A DNA stretch of 63,153 nucleotides from a virus (Duplodnaviria; Caudoviricetes): positions 1 through 63,153 of the IMG/VR virus record IMGVR_UViG_3300042881_003513. The stretch is one strand, 5' to 3'. The notes beneath the pieces are model-generated. The model was given only the letters and a program-made list of their open reading frames with translations. It searched no databases and was not told the DNA's origin. Positions 1 through 7,839 of the stretch are shown one piece after another. A program made the position numbers and the translations under genes. Each line of letters opens with the position of its first letter. The stretch's first letter is position 1.

Positions 1-177
1 GCCGAGCTGCACACCGTCCGCCTGCCTCGGTTCCCGATTCGACCTCGGCATCCACTCAGCATGTTCACGATTGCGTCGGCGACCACGGCCCACGGTGCCA
101 GCCGGGGCGGATGGGCAGACGCTCCAGGCCGCCCGCTCCCGCCCACGGGCGATCTCGGGTTCACTTAACTGCCCCTC
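1..177. repeat. Direct terminal repeat, left copy
   Basis: 1-177 matches 62977-63153 except G128 vs T63104. Confidence 0.95.
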
Positions 178-328
178 TCCCACTCGCAAAAATCTCCCGT
201 GTCGAAGCCCCCTTTTCCTCTGAAACATGAACGCGAAATTCCCTCATCTTTTTCGCCCAAAAATTTCCAGAAAAACGGCCCGTGTCGAAGGCCCAACAGG
301 GGGAGGCGAATTTTCCGCCATAAAAACA

Positions 329-356
329 GCTTGACGAAAGCCGTTAATTTGCGGAC
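329..356 (+). promoter_or_regulatory. Putative late promoter motif GCTTGAC-N17-GGAY
   Basis: Same motif and spacing at 329, 7803, 23505 and 26061, each ahead of packaging/virion genes. Confidence 0.55.
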
Positions 357-365
357 AACCGAGCC

Positions 366-833
366 ATGCCCGAGCCAAAGCCTGAGCCTCAGACCGTGAA
401 AGTGCCGCTGATTGCGGACCACGTTCAGCGTGCGCGCGAGTGGCGCGTGAAGGGTGGAAAGTCGCACTCGAAGGCGCACATGTCTGAGATGGGGAAAAAA
501 GGGTGGGAAGCGCGGAAGAAGAAGATGCACAGAGGGGTGCCGTTCAACCAGATTTGGCGGTATCGGAAGTGCTTTCAGGGGACGCCAAAGGGGCTGGACA
601 AGGGGACGTTGCCGGTGGTGCCGCCGTCGCCGACGAACCCTGAGATCAAGTGCCCGACGGAGCGGTGCAACTACTCGATGATCGCGAGCGACCGTGTGGC
701 GAGGGTGATGCACGAGTATCGGGCGTTTCGGTTTGAGTGCCCGAGGTGCGGGAAGAAGGCGATTGTTCGCCGTGGGAAAAAAAGCACGATCGGGGCGTTT
801 TTCGCGTGCCGAGTGGAGGCTGTGAAGGAATGA
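366..833 (+). CDS. Basic protein with C-terminal zinc ribbon
   Basis: CPTERC...CPRCGK; ATG 10 nt after the promoter motif. Confidence 0.65.
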   Translation: MPEPKPEPQTVKVPLIADHVQRAREWRVKGGKSHSKAHMSEMGKKGWEARKKKMHRGVPFNQIWRYRKCFQGTPKGLDKGTLPVVPPSPTNPEIKCPTERCNYSMIASDRVARVMHEYRAFRFECPRCGKKAIVRRGKKSTIGAFFACRVEAVKE

Positions 834-1087
834 ATATGCCCGCGCCCACACCTGAGACGGACGCAATGTTCACGGACAATGTGCCCGAGGACGCGCAAAT
901 CGTGGCCTTCTGCGAGCGGCTGGAGCGCGAGCGCAACGCAGCCCGCGCCGAGCGGGAGAAAATCCGCGAGTGGGCGGGGCGCTGTCAGCAGGAGATGGAG
1001 CACCAGGCGCGGATTGCGATGGATTTCAAATCCGAGCGGGACGCACTCCTTACCGAACTCGACGAAGCCGCAAAGGGGAACGCATGA
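830..1087 (+). CDS. Hypothetical coiled-coil protein
   Basis: ATGA overlap with both neighbours; FCERLERERNAARAE typical of small phage proteins. Confidence 0.65.
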   Translation: MNMPAPTPETDAMFTDNVPEDAQIVAFCERLERERNAARAEREKIREWAGRCQQEMEHQARIAMDFKSERDALLTELDEAAKGNA

Positions 1088-1803
1088 GCGGACGCCCGCG
1101 ATCGAGGCAGCGCGAGGAGGACGAATACGCGAACGTGGAGCCGCCGCCGGAAGTGCCCGGGCAGTCTTGGATTGACGACATGGTGCAGAAAACGCGGGAG
1201 CCGGAGCCGATGGAAACGGAACCGCTGATGCCGGGCGAGGTGGATGAGGAAGTGGAGTTGCATCCGGTGGCGGAGCCGAAGGAGCCGCGGAGCAAGTCGG
1301 CGGCGTTGCTGCGCCGGCTGCCGCCGGAGATCATGAAGTATCTCGGGGCGTTGCGTGCGTGCCCGGCGCCTGCGATGGCGCGGAAGGCGGCGGGTGTCAG
1401 TGGCGTGAAACTGGCATATTGGCGGCGCGTGCCTGGGTTTTCGGATTTGGAGCGGGAAGCGACGAGCGACGCGAAGGACACGCTGCTCGCCTCGGCCTAC
1501 AACCGGGCCGTGCACGGGGTGGTGAAGCCGGTGTTCCAGCTTGGGAATTTGGTGGGCTACGAGCGGGAGTATTCGGACAAGCTCATGGAAGTTCTGCTGA
1601 AAGGGATGCGGGAGGAGTTCAAGCCCGAGCCGCCGAAGGAGACCGGGACCACGACGAACATCGTCATCACGGATCCGGCGGCGATTGCGGACGTGGTGCG
1701 CCGGCTGAGTCCGACGAGCCAGCCAAAGCAGGCGCAGGCGATCGAGATTGAAGCGCCGAAGCCCATTGCGGCACCCACCCCTCCGCCGGGGAGTGAATTT
1801 TGA
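1084..1803 (+). CDS. Putative terminase small subunit
   Basis: HTH-like region then AYNRAVHGVVKPVFQLGNLVGYEREYSDKLMEVLLKG, a pattern seen in TerS-like proteins; upstream of TerL. Confidence 0.6.
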   Translation: MSGRPRSRQREEDEYANVEPPPEVPGQSWIDDMVQKTREPEPMETEPLMPGEVDEEVELHPVAEPKEPRSKSAALLRRLPPEIMKYLGALRACPAPAMARKAAGVSGVKLAYWRRVPGFSDLEREATSDAKDTLLASAYNRAVHGVVKPVFQLGNLVGYEREYSDKLMEVLLKGMREEFKPEPPKETGTTTNIVITDPAAIADVVRRLSPTSQPKQAQAIEIEAPKPIAAPTPPPGSEF

Positions 1804-1813
1804 AATCCGAACC

Positions 1814-2140
1814 ATGAACCGACTCCAACCGATTGAAACAGAGGGCCAAAACCACGACGAAGCGCGGAAGCTGGGGCGATTTGTCGCCTCGGTCGAAGTC
1901 ATCAACTCGAGCGTGGAGGATGCGCGCGCGGTGATGAGCGGGATCGTCGTGCTCGAGGCCGTGACGCGCGACGGCATTATTCATTACGTGGCGCTGTGCG
2001 AGCAGTTTGCCGCGTTGGAGAAGGGCGATGGCATTCCCGAGTATCGCGCGCTCATCGCCAAGCAGGACGGCAAGATCGTGTCGGTGCGGTGGGAGATGGT
2101 CGAAGCGCCGAGCACGCGCCGGCTGAATTGGGACAACTGA
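1814..2140 (+). CDS. Hypothetical protein
   Basis: ATG preceded by AAATCCGAACC leader; GC3-rich ORF. Confidence 0.6.
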   Translation: MNRLQPIETEGQNHDEARKLGRFVASVEVINSSVEDARAVMSGIVVLEAVTRDGIIHYVALCEQFAALEKGDGIPEYRALIAKQDGKIVSVRWEMVEAPSTRRLNWDN

Positions 2141-2148
2141 CAATCATC

Positions 2149-2475
2149 ATGGACCCAAGCATGACGAATTACATTCTTGTGAACGAAGCCATGCGGCTCG
2201 CCAGGGATGTTAAGAACCAGCCCGAACAGGAGCCAATGCCAACAGTGGAGCTGCATGGCGTAACCGACGCAAAGCAAGGAAGCCGCGTTCTTTTCAAAGT
2301 CACGCCATCCATCGCCGGGAAAACGATCACGCTCGACATCGAGAACAGCCTTGGTGCTACGGCAGGCTTTTCAGTCACGCTGACGCGCAAGTTTCTCGAC
2401 ACTGAGGACCGAGCGATCCGTGCCGCGCTCGTCACGCTCGGATGGACGCCGCCGCCGGAAAAATCCGAACCATGA
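2149..2475 (+). CDS. Hypothetical protein
   Basis: Fills operon gap; ATGA-coupled to next gene; ends IRAALVTLGWTPP. Confidence 0.55.
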   Translation: MDPSMTNYILVNEAMRLARDVKNQPEQEPMPTVELHGVTDAKQGSRVLFKVTPSIAGKTITLDIENSLGATAGFSVTLTRKFLDTEDRAIRAALVTLGWTPPPEKSEP

Positions 2476-2960
2476 CCGGACTCAAAATTGCGCAACGCAT
2501 GATTCGCCTTCTGCCCGGAGTCACCGCCGGGGTCGGAACGTGTGACTGGTACGAGCCGCGCATCCGGCATGTGCATTTGAGCCCGCGCACGGCGCGCGGA
2601 GAGGACATGCGCGCCCTTGCTTGCGCCGCGCACGAGGCCGCGCACGCGGTTCAGCACGTCCGGCTTCACGGGATCAGCTTCCGCGTGTGGCAATCGTGGC
2701 CGGTGCAGTCGCCGCTTGTTCCGCTCGGGCTTTTTTCCGCGACGCTCGCGGCGGTGGCGATGAAGTGGCATCCGTGGCCGGTGGCGATCTTCGCGGCGTG
2801 CGTGGCACTGGGGCGCGTGGCCGCAGTGATGCTCATGGAGTGGGAAGCGAGCACGATCGCGCTCGGCTGGCTGAAGCTCCACGGCTTCGAGCATCCTGAC
2901 TCCGCGCACTATCTGCGCCGACTGTGGCGCTCCTATCTCTGGATCGCGATTGGACTCTGA
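2472..2960 (+). CDS. Membrane neutral zinc metallopeptidase, YugP/Zn_peptidase_2-like
   Basis: DWYEP...LS...AAHEAAHAVQH (HExxH), hydrophobic segments, EWEAS third-ligand motif. Confidence 0.75.
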   Translation: MTGLKIAQRMIRLLPGVTAGVGTCDWYEPRIRHVHLSPRTARGEDMRALACAAHEAAHAVQHVRLHGISFRVWQSWPVQSPLVPLGLFSATLAAVAMKWHPWPVAIFAACVALGRVAAVMLMEWEASTIALGWLKLHGFEHPDSAHYLRRLWRSYLWIAIGL

Positions 2961-2964
2961 ACTT

Positions 2965-3315
2965 ATGAACAAGCAAAAAATGACACTCGGGGAACCTGTT
3001 CTTGAAAAGCTGGAATGGAGTTGGCGACTTTCCATCACCGCGACCGATGGTGAGAACGAGAAATGGTTCGGGGTTGCGGTGGAATCAGAGCCAGATCCCG
3101 TAGAAAGGGATTGCATGGATAAAATCGTCCGCAGCATGTTTGAGGACTACCGAAATCACGACACGCAGTTTGTCCGCTGTCGCGCGTGCGGGCACTTGTC
3201 TGAGATTCCTTGGTCGGAAAAGATTCCCGCGCGCTGCGGAAAATGCGCAGGAGAACATGAGGCCTACTACGAACCAACCCGAGACAGGTTCCAGGCACCG
3301 CGCCCGATCTCATAA
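2965..3315 (+). CDS. Hypothetical zinc-ribbon protein
   Basis: CRAC...CGKC. Confidence 0.55.
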   Translation: MNKQKMTLGEPVLEKLEWSWRLSITATDGENEKWFGVAVESEPDPVERDCMDKIVRSMFEDYRNHDTQFVRCRACGHLSEIPWSEKIPARCGKCAGEHEAYYEPTRDRFQAPRPIS

Positions 3316-3355
3316 CCCGGGAACTCACCATAATTACAGCACTTTAATCCCAAAC

Positions 3356-3703
3356 ATGAAAACCGTATTCTCAGAAAAATCCGACGTTGAAATCGCCGAG
3401 CTTCTTTTGAACGATGAAGTGAATAACAACGCCGTCTTTATCGCCGCGCTCATTCGCGAAGCACTTTCGCGGCTTTTGCTGTGTAAGGCAAGGGAGGTTA
3501 ATTTGCTTCATCATGAAACGCTTGAAAGAACGAATCACGGAACCGATTGGTGTCTCGGTCGCGAGTTCCTGCACAAAGGAAAGCGGGAATGGGTAGGATT
3601 TAGCTGGACCCAGGATTCCTCATCCACACAACTCGACAAGCTCATGCAGGCTAGGGCCGCGCTACCTGAGCTTATTCAAAAATTCATCGAAGAGCATCCG
3701 TGA
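3356..3703 (+). CDS. Hypothetical protein (lower GC)
   Basis: A/C-rich leader; stop overlaps the TerL GTG start. Confidence 0.55.
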   Translation: MKTVFSEKSDVEIAELLLNDEVNNNAVFIAALIREALSRLLLCKAREVNLLHHETLERTNHGTDWCLGREFLHKGKREWVGFSWTQDSSSTQLDKLMQARAALPELIQKFIEEHP

Positions 3704-5979
3704 CCCGCGAACTCATCAGTGGCAAGCTATCCGTCGGCGACCGGGCCGCGTGCAATGCGCCGCGCCTTCATTCCGCCGGGAAATCCGCGTGCATCGTGCA
3801 TGGATGCAAAACGTGCCACCAGGCCAAGGCGGGGAAGCTGTCACCAACGGACAAGCGGTATCTCAGTTTCGTGGAGCAGGGCGACCTTTACCTGAACCTG
3901 ATCGACGCGACGACAGCCTACTTCCAGACGCAGAGCTTCACAGCGTTCCTGCGATTCGCGCGCGACAACTGGCTCGACGATCGACCGATCACGATCCACT
4001 GCGACCAGGGCCGGAGCCGCGCGCCCATGTTGGCCGTGCTGTTCATGGCGAAGGTCTTGGAGATCATCCCGAACACGAGCCTCGACGACGCGATGGATGC
4101 TTTTGAGGCGCAGCACGGGAAGCTGGAGCCGAGCGAGGGCATCGAGACCTACCTGCGCAAGAACTGGCACGGCATCGAGTCTATGCCGGTGAACTACCGG
4201 GGGCCGAACCGTCGCAGCCAGCAATACCGGCCGCCGGACACGAGCCAGATCACGAACGACGAGGCCGTGGCGCTCATCCAAGGCAGCCCGATTGTCCACT
4301 TCGCGACGATGGTGGAGATCGAAGACAAGGATCACAACATGGTGACGCCCGTTCCGAACATCCTCCAGATGCGGATCAACGAGGCGTATGAGTGGTGCAT
4401 CGAGAACGGCATCGCGCCACGGTTGCAGGCGCTCAAGCCGCGACAAAAGGGATCGAGCACGTTCTTCGGCGAGCTTTTCTATCACCATGCGCGCCGCTTC
4501 CACACCGACGGGCTGATCATCGGGGACGAGAGCAGCCGCGTGATGAAGGTGTGGCAGATTTTCACGGAATACAGCATCCGCGACAAGTTTCCGTGGGACT
4601 CGAAGTTCGCCTACGACACAAAGAAGGCGAGCTTCACCTACGCCGACGGCACGAAGGGGCTTTGGGAGTATGACACCGCCAACGACCCGAAAGCCGGCAT
4701 CTCGGGCACGCGCCAGGCGATTTGGTACACTGAGGCCGCGCGCTACCCGAAGTCCGGATCTCGGACGGACGTGAAAGTTATCACGGCGTCGCTGGCGTCG
4801 CTCTCGAAAGGGCCGCGCTCGCTGGCCGCGATGGAGTCCACGGCGGAAGGCGCGAACGGCTTCTTCTACAACAACTGGCAGGGTGCCGTGTCGCTGGAGG
4901 ACATGAAGGCCGGGAAGTTCGGCAACGGCTGGATCAAGATTTTCGCGGCGTGGTTCGAGTTCGCCGACGGCGTGCTGCCGCGCGCGCCGCATTACGAGGA
5001 GCACTTTCACACGACCTACTCCTACCGGGAGAAGCGCGGACGCCAGCTTTACGGGTGGACCGCGGAACAAATCGCGTGGAGGCGCTACACGATCGCGAGC
5101 GAGTGCGACGGGGATGAATCGATCTTCGACCAGGATTACCCGGAGAACGATCGGGACTGCTTCCTCCAGTCAGGCCGCCCGCGCTTCGACGACGACGGCG
5201 TGACGAGGCTGGAAATCATGGCCGAGCGCGAGCACGACCTTGCCGAGCGCGGAATCCTCACCGGGAGCGAGGCGAACGTGATTTTCGTGCCGCAGAAGGA
5301 GGACGCATGGCTTTGGCTGAAGGAAAAACCGATCCGCGGGTGTGCCTACATCGTCGCGATCGATCCATGCCAGGGATCACAGAGCAATGGCGCGAAAAAT
5401 CCCGACGCGCACGCCTGCGTGGTGCTTCGCCAGCCCTACATTTGCGAGAAGAACGTGCTGCATCCGGTCGCAGTCGTCGCGGCGATCCATGTGGAGCCGA
5501 GCGGGTGTCGGTGGGATGATTCGATCATCGCGGAGCGCGCGGTGATGCTCGCGAACTTCTTTGGCAGCGTGATGATCGTGCCGGAGACTGGCAACGGACT
5601 CGGCGTGCTCGTGAAGCTGCGTGATTTTGGCGGGAACATCTACCAGCGGCAGAAACCGGACTCGTTCATCCCCGGCAAGATGCTCCCGACCGCCGGATGG
5701 GAAACGAACTCAGCCACGCGCGACATGTGGGTGGGCGCAATCGCCGATGCAATCCGCGAGGGGCTTTTTGACTGCGCGTTCAGGCCGGCGGTGGCAGAGT
5801 TCCGCACGTTCGTCATTGACGACCGAGGGAAAGCGCAGGCCGCGCCGAGCAAGCATGATGATTTCGTGGCCGCGATCGGCATCGGGCTCTACTGTTTGAA
5901 TTTCGCGGGCGTGTACAAGCCGATCCCGCCGCGCTCGATGTTCGCGGGCGACAAAAAGAGGTCTTCGATGTTCTCGTGA
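3700..5979 (+). CDS. terL: Terminase large subunit with N-terminal dual-specificity phosphatase-like domain
   Basis: LKPRQKGSST (Walker A), WYTEAARYP (Walker B), MESTAEG (motif III), AIDP...HDD nuclease; N-terminal IHCDQGRSRA = Cx5R loop. Confidence 0.85.
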   Translation: MTRELISGKLSVGDRAACNAPRLHSAGKSACIVHGCKTCHQAKAGKLSPTDKRYLSFVEQGDLYLNLIDATTAYFQTQSFTAFLRFARDNWLDDRPITIHCDQGRSRAPMLAVLFMAKVLEIIPNTSLDDAMDAFEAQHGKLEPSEGIETYLRKNWHGIESMPVNYRGPNRRSQQYRPPDTSQITNDEAVALIQGSPIVHFATMVEIEDKDHNMVTPVPNILQMRINEAYEWCIENGIAPRLQALKPRQKGSSTFFGELFYHHARRFHTDGLIIGDESSRVMKVWQIFTEYSIRDKFPWDSKFAYDTKKASFTYADGTKGLWEYDTANDPKAGISGTRQAIWYTEAARYPKSGSRTDVKVITASLASLSKGPRSLAAMESTAEGANGFFYNNWQGAVSLEDMKAGKFGNGWIKIFAAWFEFADGVLPRAPHYEEHFHTTYSYREKRGRQLYGWTAEQIAWRRYTIASECDGDESIFDQDYPENDRDCFLQSGRPRFDDDGVTRLEIMAEREHDLAERGILTGSEANVIFVPQKEDAWLWLKEKPIRGCAYIVAIDPCQGSQSNGAKNPDAHACVVLRQPYICEKNVLHPVAVVAAIHVEPSGCRWDDSIIAERAVMLANFFGSVMIVPETGNGLGVLVKLRDFGGNIYQRQKPDSFIPGKMLPTAGWETNSATRDMWVGAIADAIREGLFDCAFRPAVAEFRTFVIDDRGKAQAAPSKHDDFVAAIGIGLYCLNFAGVYKPIPPRSMFAGDKKRSSMFS

Positions 5980-6033
5980 GACTTTCCGCTTGACCGAACC
6001 GCGCCCGCTTGATATTTCCACCGCACTCTCACG

Positions 6034-6101
6034 AAGCGTTGACGCGCTTACACTCCCGGCGGCATTGGCCGAACCGTTCCGCGCGTCAACGCGGACGGAG
6101 G
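6034..6101 (+). promoter_or_regulatory. Structured leader: two hairpins with complementary loops overlapping a GGAGG
   Basis: AAGCG-TTGACG-CGCTT and CCGTTCCGCG-CGTCAA-CGCGGACGG; GGAGG at 6097-6101. Confidence 0.5.
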
Positions 6102-6110
6102 CTTTTCAAA

Positions 6111-7268
6111 ATGAAAATTCAATTTCAACACCTTCATGGTGCTGCGCGCCAGCCCGGTGTAAATGGCGTGAAATTGAGAGGCTATCAAACTTCCATTGTT
6201 AGTGAGACACTGACAGCCCTTGAGACGCATTCCCGCGTCGTTGTGGCATGCCCTACCGGGTCTGGGAAGACCGTGATCGCAATCCACGGACTACTGCCGA
6301 AACTGCGCGGCAAGACAGCATGGGTGACGCACCGGAAGGAACTGGCAAAACAAGCCCGCGAATACGGGCAATCTCTCGACGTATTCATGGCGCAGGGTGA
6401 AATCACTGGAGAATATGACACGATCATCATCGACGAAGGGCACCACGTCTGCGCCGCTCAGTATCGAAAAATCCTTACTGACTACCCCGTCGCGAAAATC
6501 ATCGCGCTGACCGCAACACCCTATCGGCTGGACGGCGTAGGGCTTGGATCGTGTGGCTTCTCTCGGATCGTTCATGGGCCGGATACCTATGACCTGACGG
6601 AAGACGGAACGCTCTGTCCTGTTCGTGTCTATATCCCGCGCTCGGAACACACGGCGGCATGGTCGCCGGATGCCGCCGCGGGCAGGATCATCCAAACGCC
6701 ATTCACGAAGGGAATCGTCTTCTGCCGATCCGTGCGCGAAGCGCAAAAACTAACGCAACTTCTGGCGGATGCCGGCATCAAAGCCGCAAGCATCGACAGC
6801 GCAACCGATCCGAAAAAGCGGGCAAAAATCTTCCGCAGCTTCGCTAAAGGGAAGCTCAAAATCATGTGCAATCACACCATCTTCACAGAAGGCGTGGACG
6901 TGCCGAATGTGGATATGGTGGTATTGAATCGCCACACACTCAGTCGATGCCTTTGGAAACAGATGATCGGGCGTGGAACGCGGAACGCTCCAGGCAAAAG
7001 AGAATGCACGGTGCTGGACCTCGCTGGAAACGGCGTGCTGCACGGCTCAATCTACGACAAGGAAATCTACGACCTCAACGGCAAGGTGGAATCCACCGAA
7101 TCCAGAACACTCACGAAAAGCGAAGCCTCAGATAAGGCAGAAGAATATGAACACAACCAAGGAGAGGAACTAAAAGAATGGAAGCCACAACCGAAACCAA
7201 TCAGGCTAATCGAGAGCTTACAACGACTGAAATCAAAATCTCCATTGCGCAGATTGAAGACCGCTTGA
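6111..7268 (+). CDS. Superfamily 2 DExH helicase (SSL2/ResIII-like)
   Basis: LRGYQ, PTGSGKT, DEGHH, TAT, TEGVDVP, QMIGRGTR; start codon uncertain. Confidence 0.9.
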   Translation: MKIQFQHLHGAARQPGVNGVKLRGYQTSIVSETLTALETHSRVVVACPTGSGKTVIAIHGLLPKLRGKTAWVTHRKELAKQAREYGQSLDVFMAQGEITGEYDTIIIDEGHHVCAAQYRKILTDYPVAKIIALTATPYRLDGVGLGSCGFSRIVHGPDTYDLTEDGTLCPVRVYIPRSEHTAAWSPDAAAGRIIQTPFTKGIVFCRSVREAQKLTQLLADAGIKAASIDSATDPKKRAKIFRSFAKGKLKIMCNHTIFTEGVDVPNVDMVVLNRHTLSRCLWKQMIGRGTRNAPGKRECTVLDLAGNGVLHGSIYDKEIYDLNGKVESTESRTLTKSEASDKAEEYEHNQGEELKEWKPQPKPIRLIESLQRLKSKSPLRRLKTA

Positions 7269-7717
7269 TGCGGGTCGCCAAAGCGCAGAGTGAGCTTTCA
7301 GAGATCGACGAAAGCGATGACGAAAGCGATGACGGACATGAGTTCCTTGCAAAAATAAATGAGTTCTCGGCAAAGCTGCGGGCGAAATACGACATCCCAG
7401 AAGGGGTGCATCTGTTTCATCCGTGCGAAAATTCCGCGCTGACAAAGAGCGACATTGCAACCTGCAAGCCCCACATCACCGCATTCGTAAGGGGAAAGAT
7501 GACGGAGAGTGGAATGTCGGATTTGCTGTTTTACTTCGAGGAGTGCGCCGAGTGCGATTACGGATGGGTGCTGGTTGATCGTCCAATGGGGTTCTACGAC
7601 CGAAAAAGATCCGGGGATGCAGGCGAGATACTGGCGGAGATTGTTTCGATCGGAACGCGCTCGCGCTCGAAAAGCACTAAACTACCACGAATAGCGGGCG
7701 TTTTTCCCAGCGAATGA
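7178..7717 (+). CDS. Hypothetical protein
   Basis: 179-aa ORF overlapping the helicase 3' end; lower GC. Confidence 0.5.
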   Translation: MEATTETNQANRELTTTEIKISIAQIEDRLMRVAKAQSELSEIDESDDESDDGHEFLAKINEFSAKLRAKYDIPEGVHLFHPCENSALTKSDIATCKPHITAFVRGKMTESGMSDLLFYFEECAECDYGWVLVDRPMGFYDRKRSGDAGEILAEIVSIGTRSRSKSTKLPRIAGVFPSE

Positions 7718-7765
7718 ACGCTTGCGCGATTTCGTCTCGCGGCTCGGCATGGCGAGGCAAACGCA

Positions 7766-7800
7766 AGGGCGGCACTGGAAACGGTGCCGCCCTCAGTTTT
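7766..7800 (+). terminator. Putative intrinsic terminator
   Basis: AGGGCGGCACTG-GAAA-CGGTGCCGCCCT followed by CAGTTTT. Confidence 0.6.
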
Positions 7801-7802
7801 CC

Positions 7803-7830
7803 GCTTGACCTCGCCGATCCGATGCAGGAT
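7803..7830 (+). promoter_or_regulatory. Putative late promoter motif
   Basis: GCTTGAC-N9-CCGATGCAGGAT; ATG 10 nt downstream. Confidence 0.55.
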
Positions 7831-7839
7831 GCGCGGAGT

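Noticed and set aside
2461-2474. TCCGAACCATG leaders as additional attC half-sites (they resemble CCGAAC-CATG)
   Set aside because: No L box, stem or partner GTT core follows any copy
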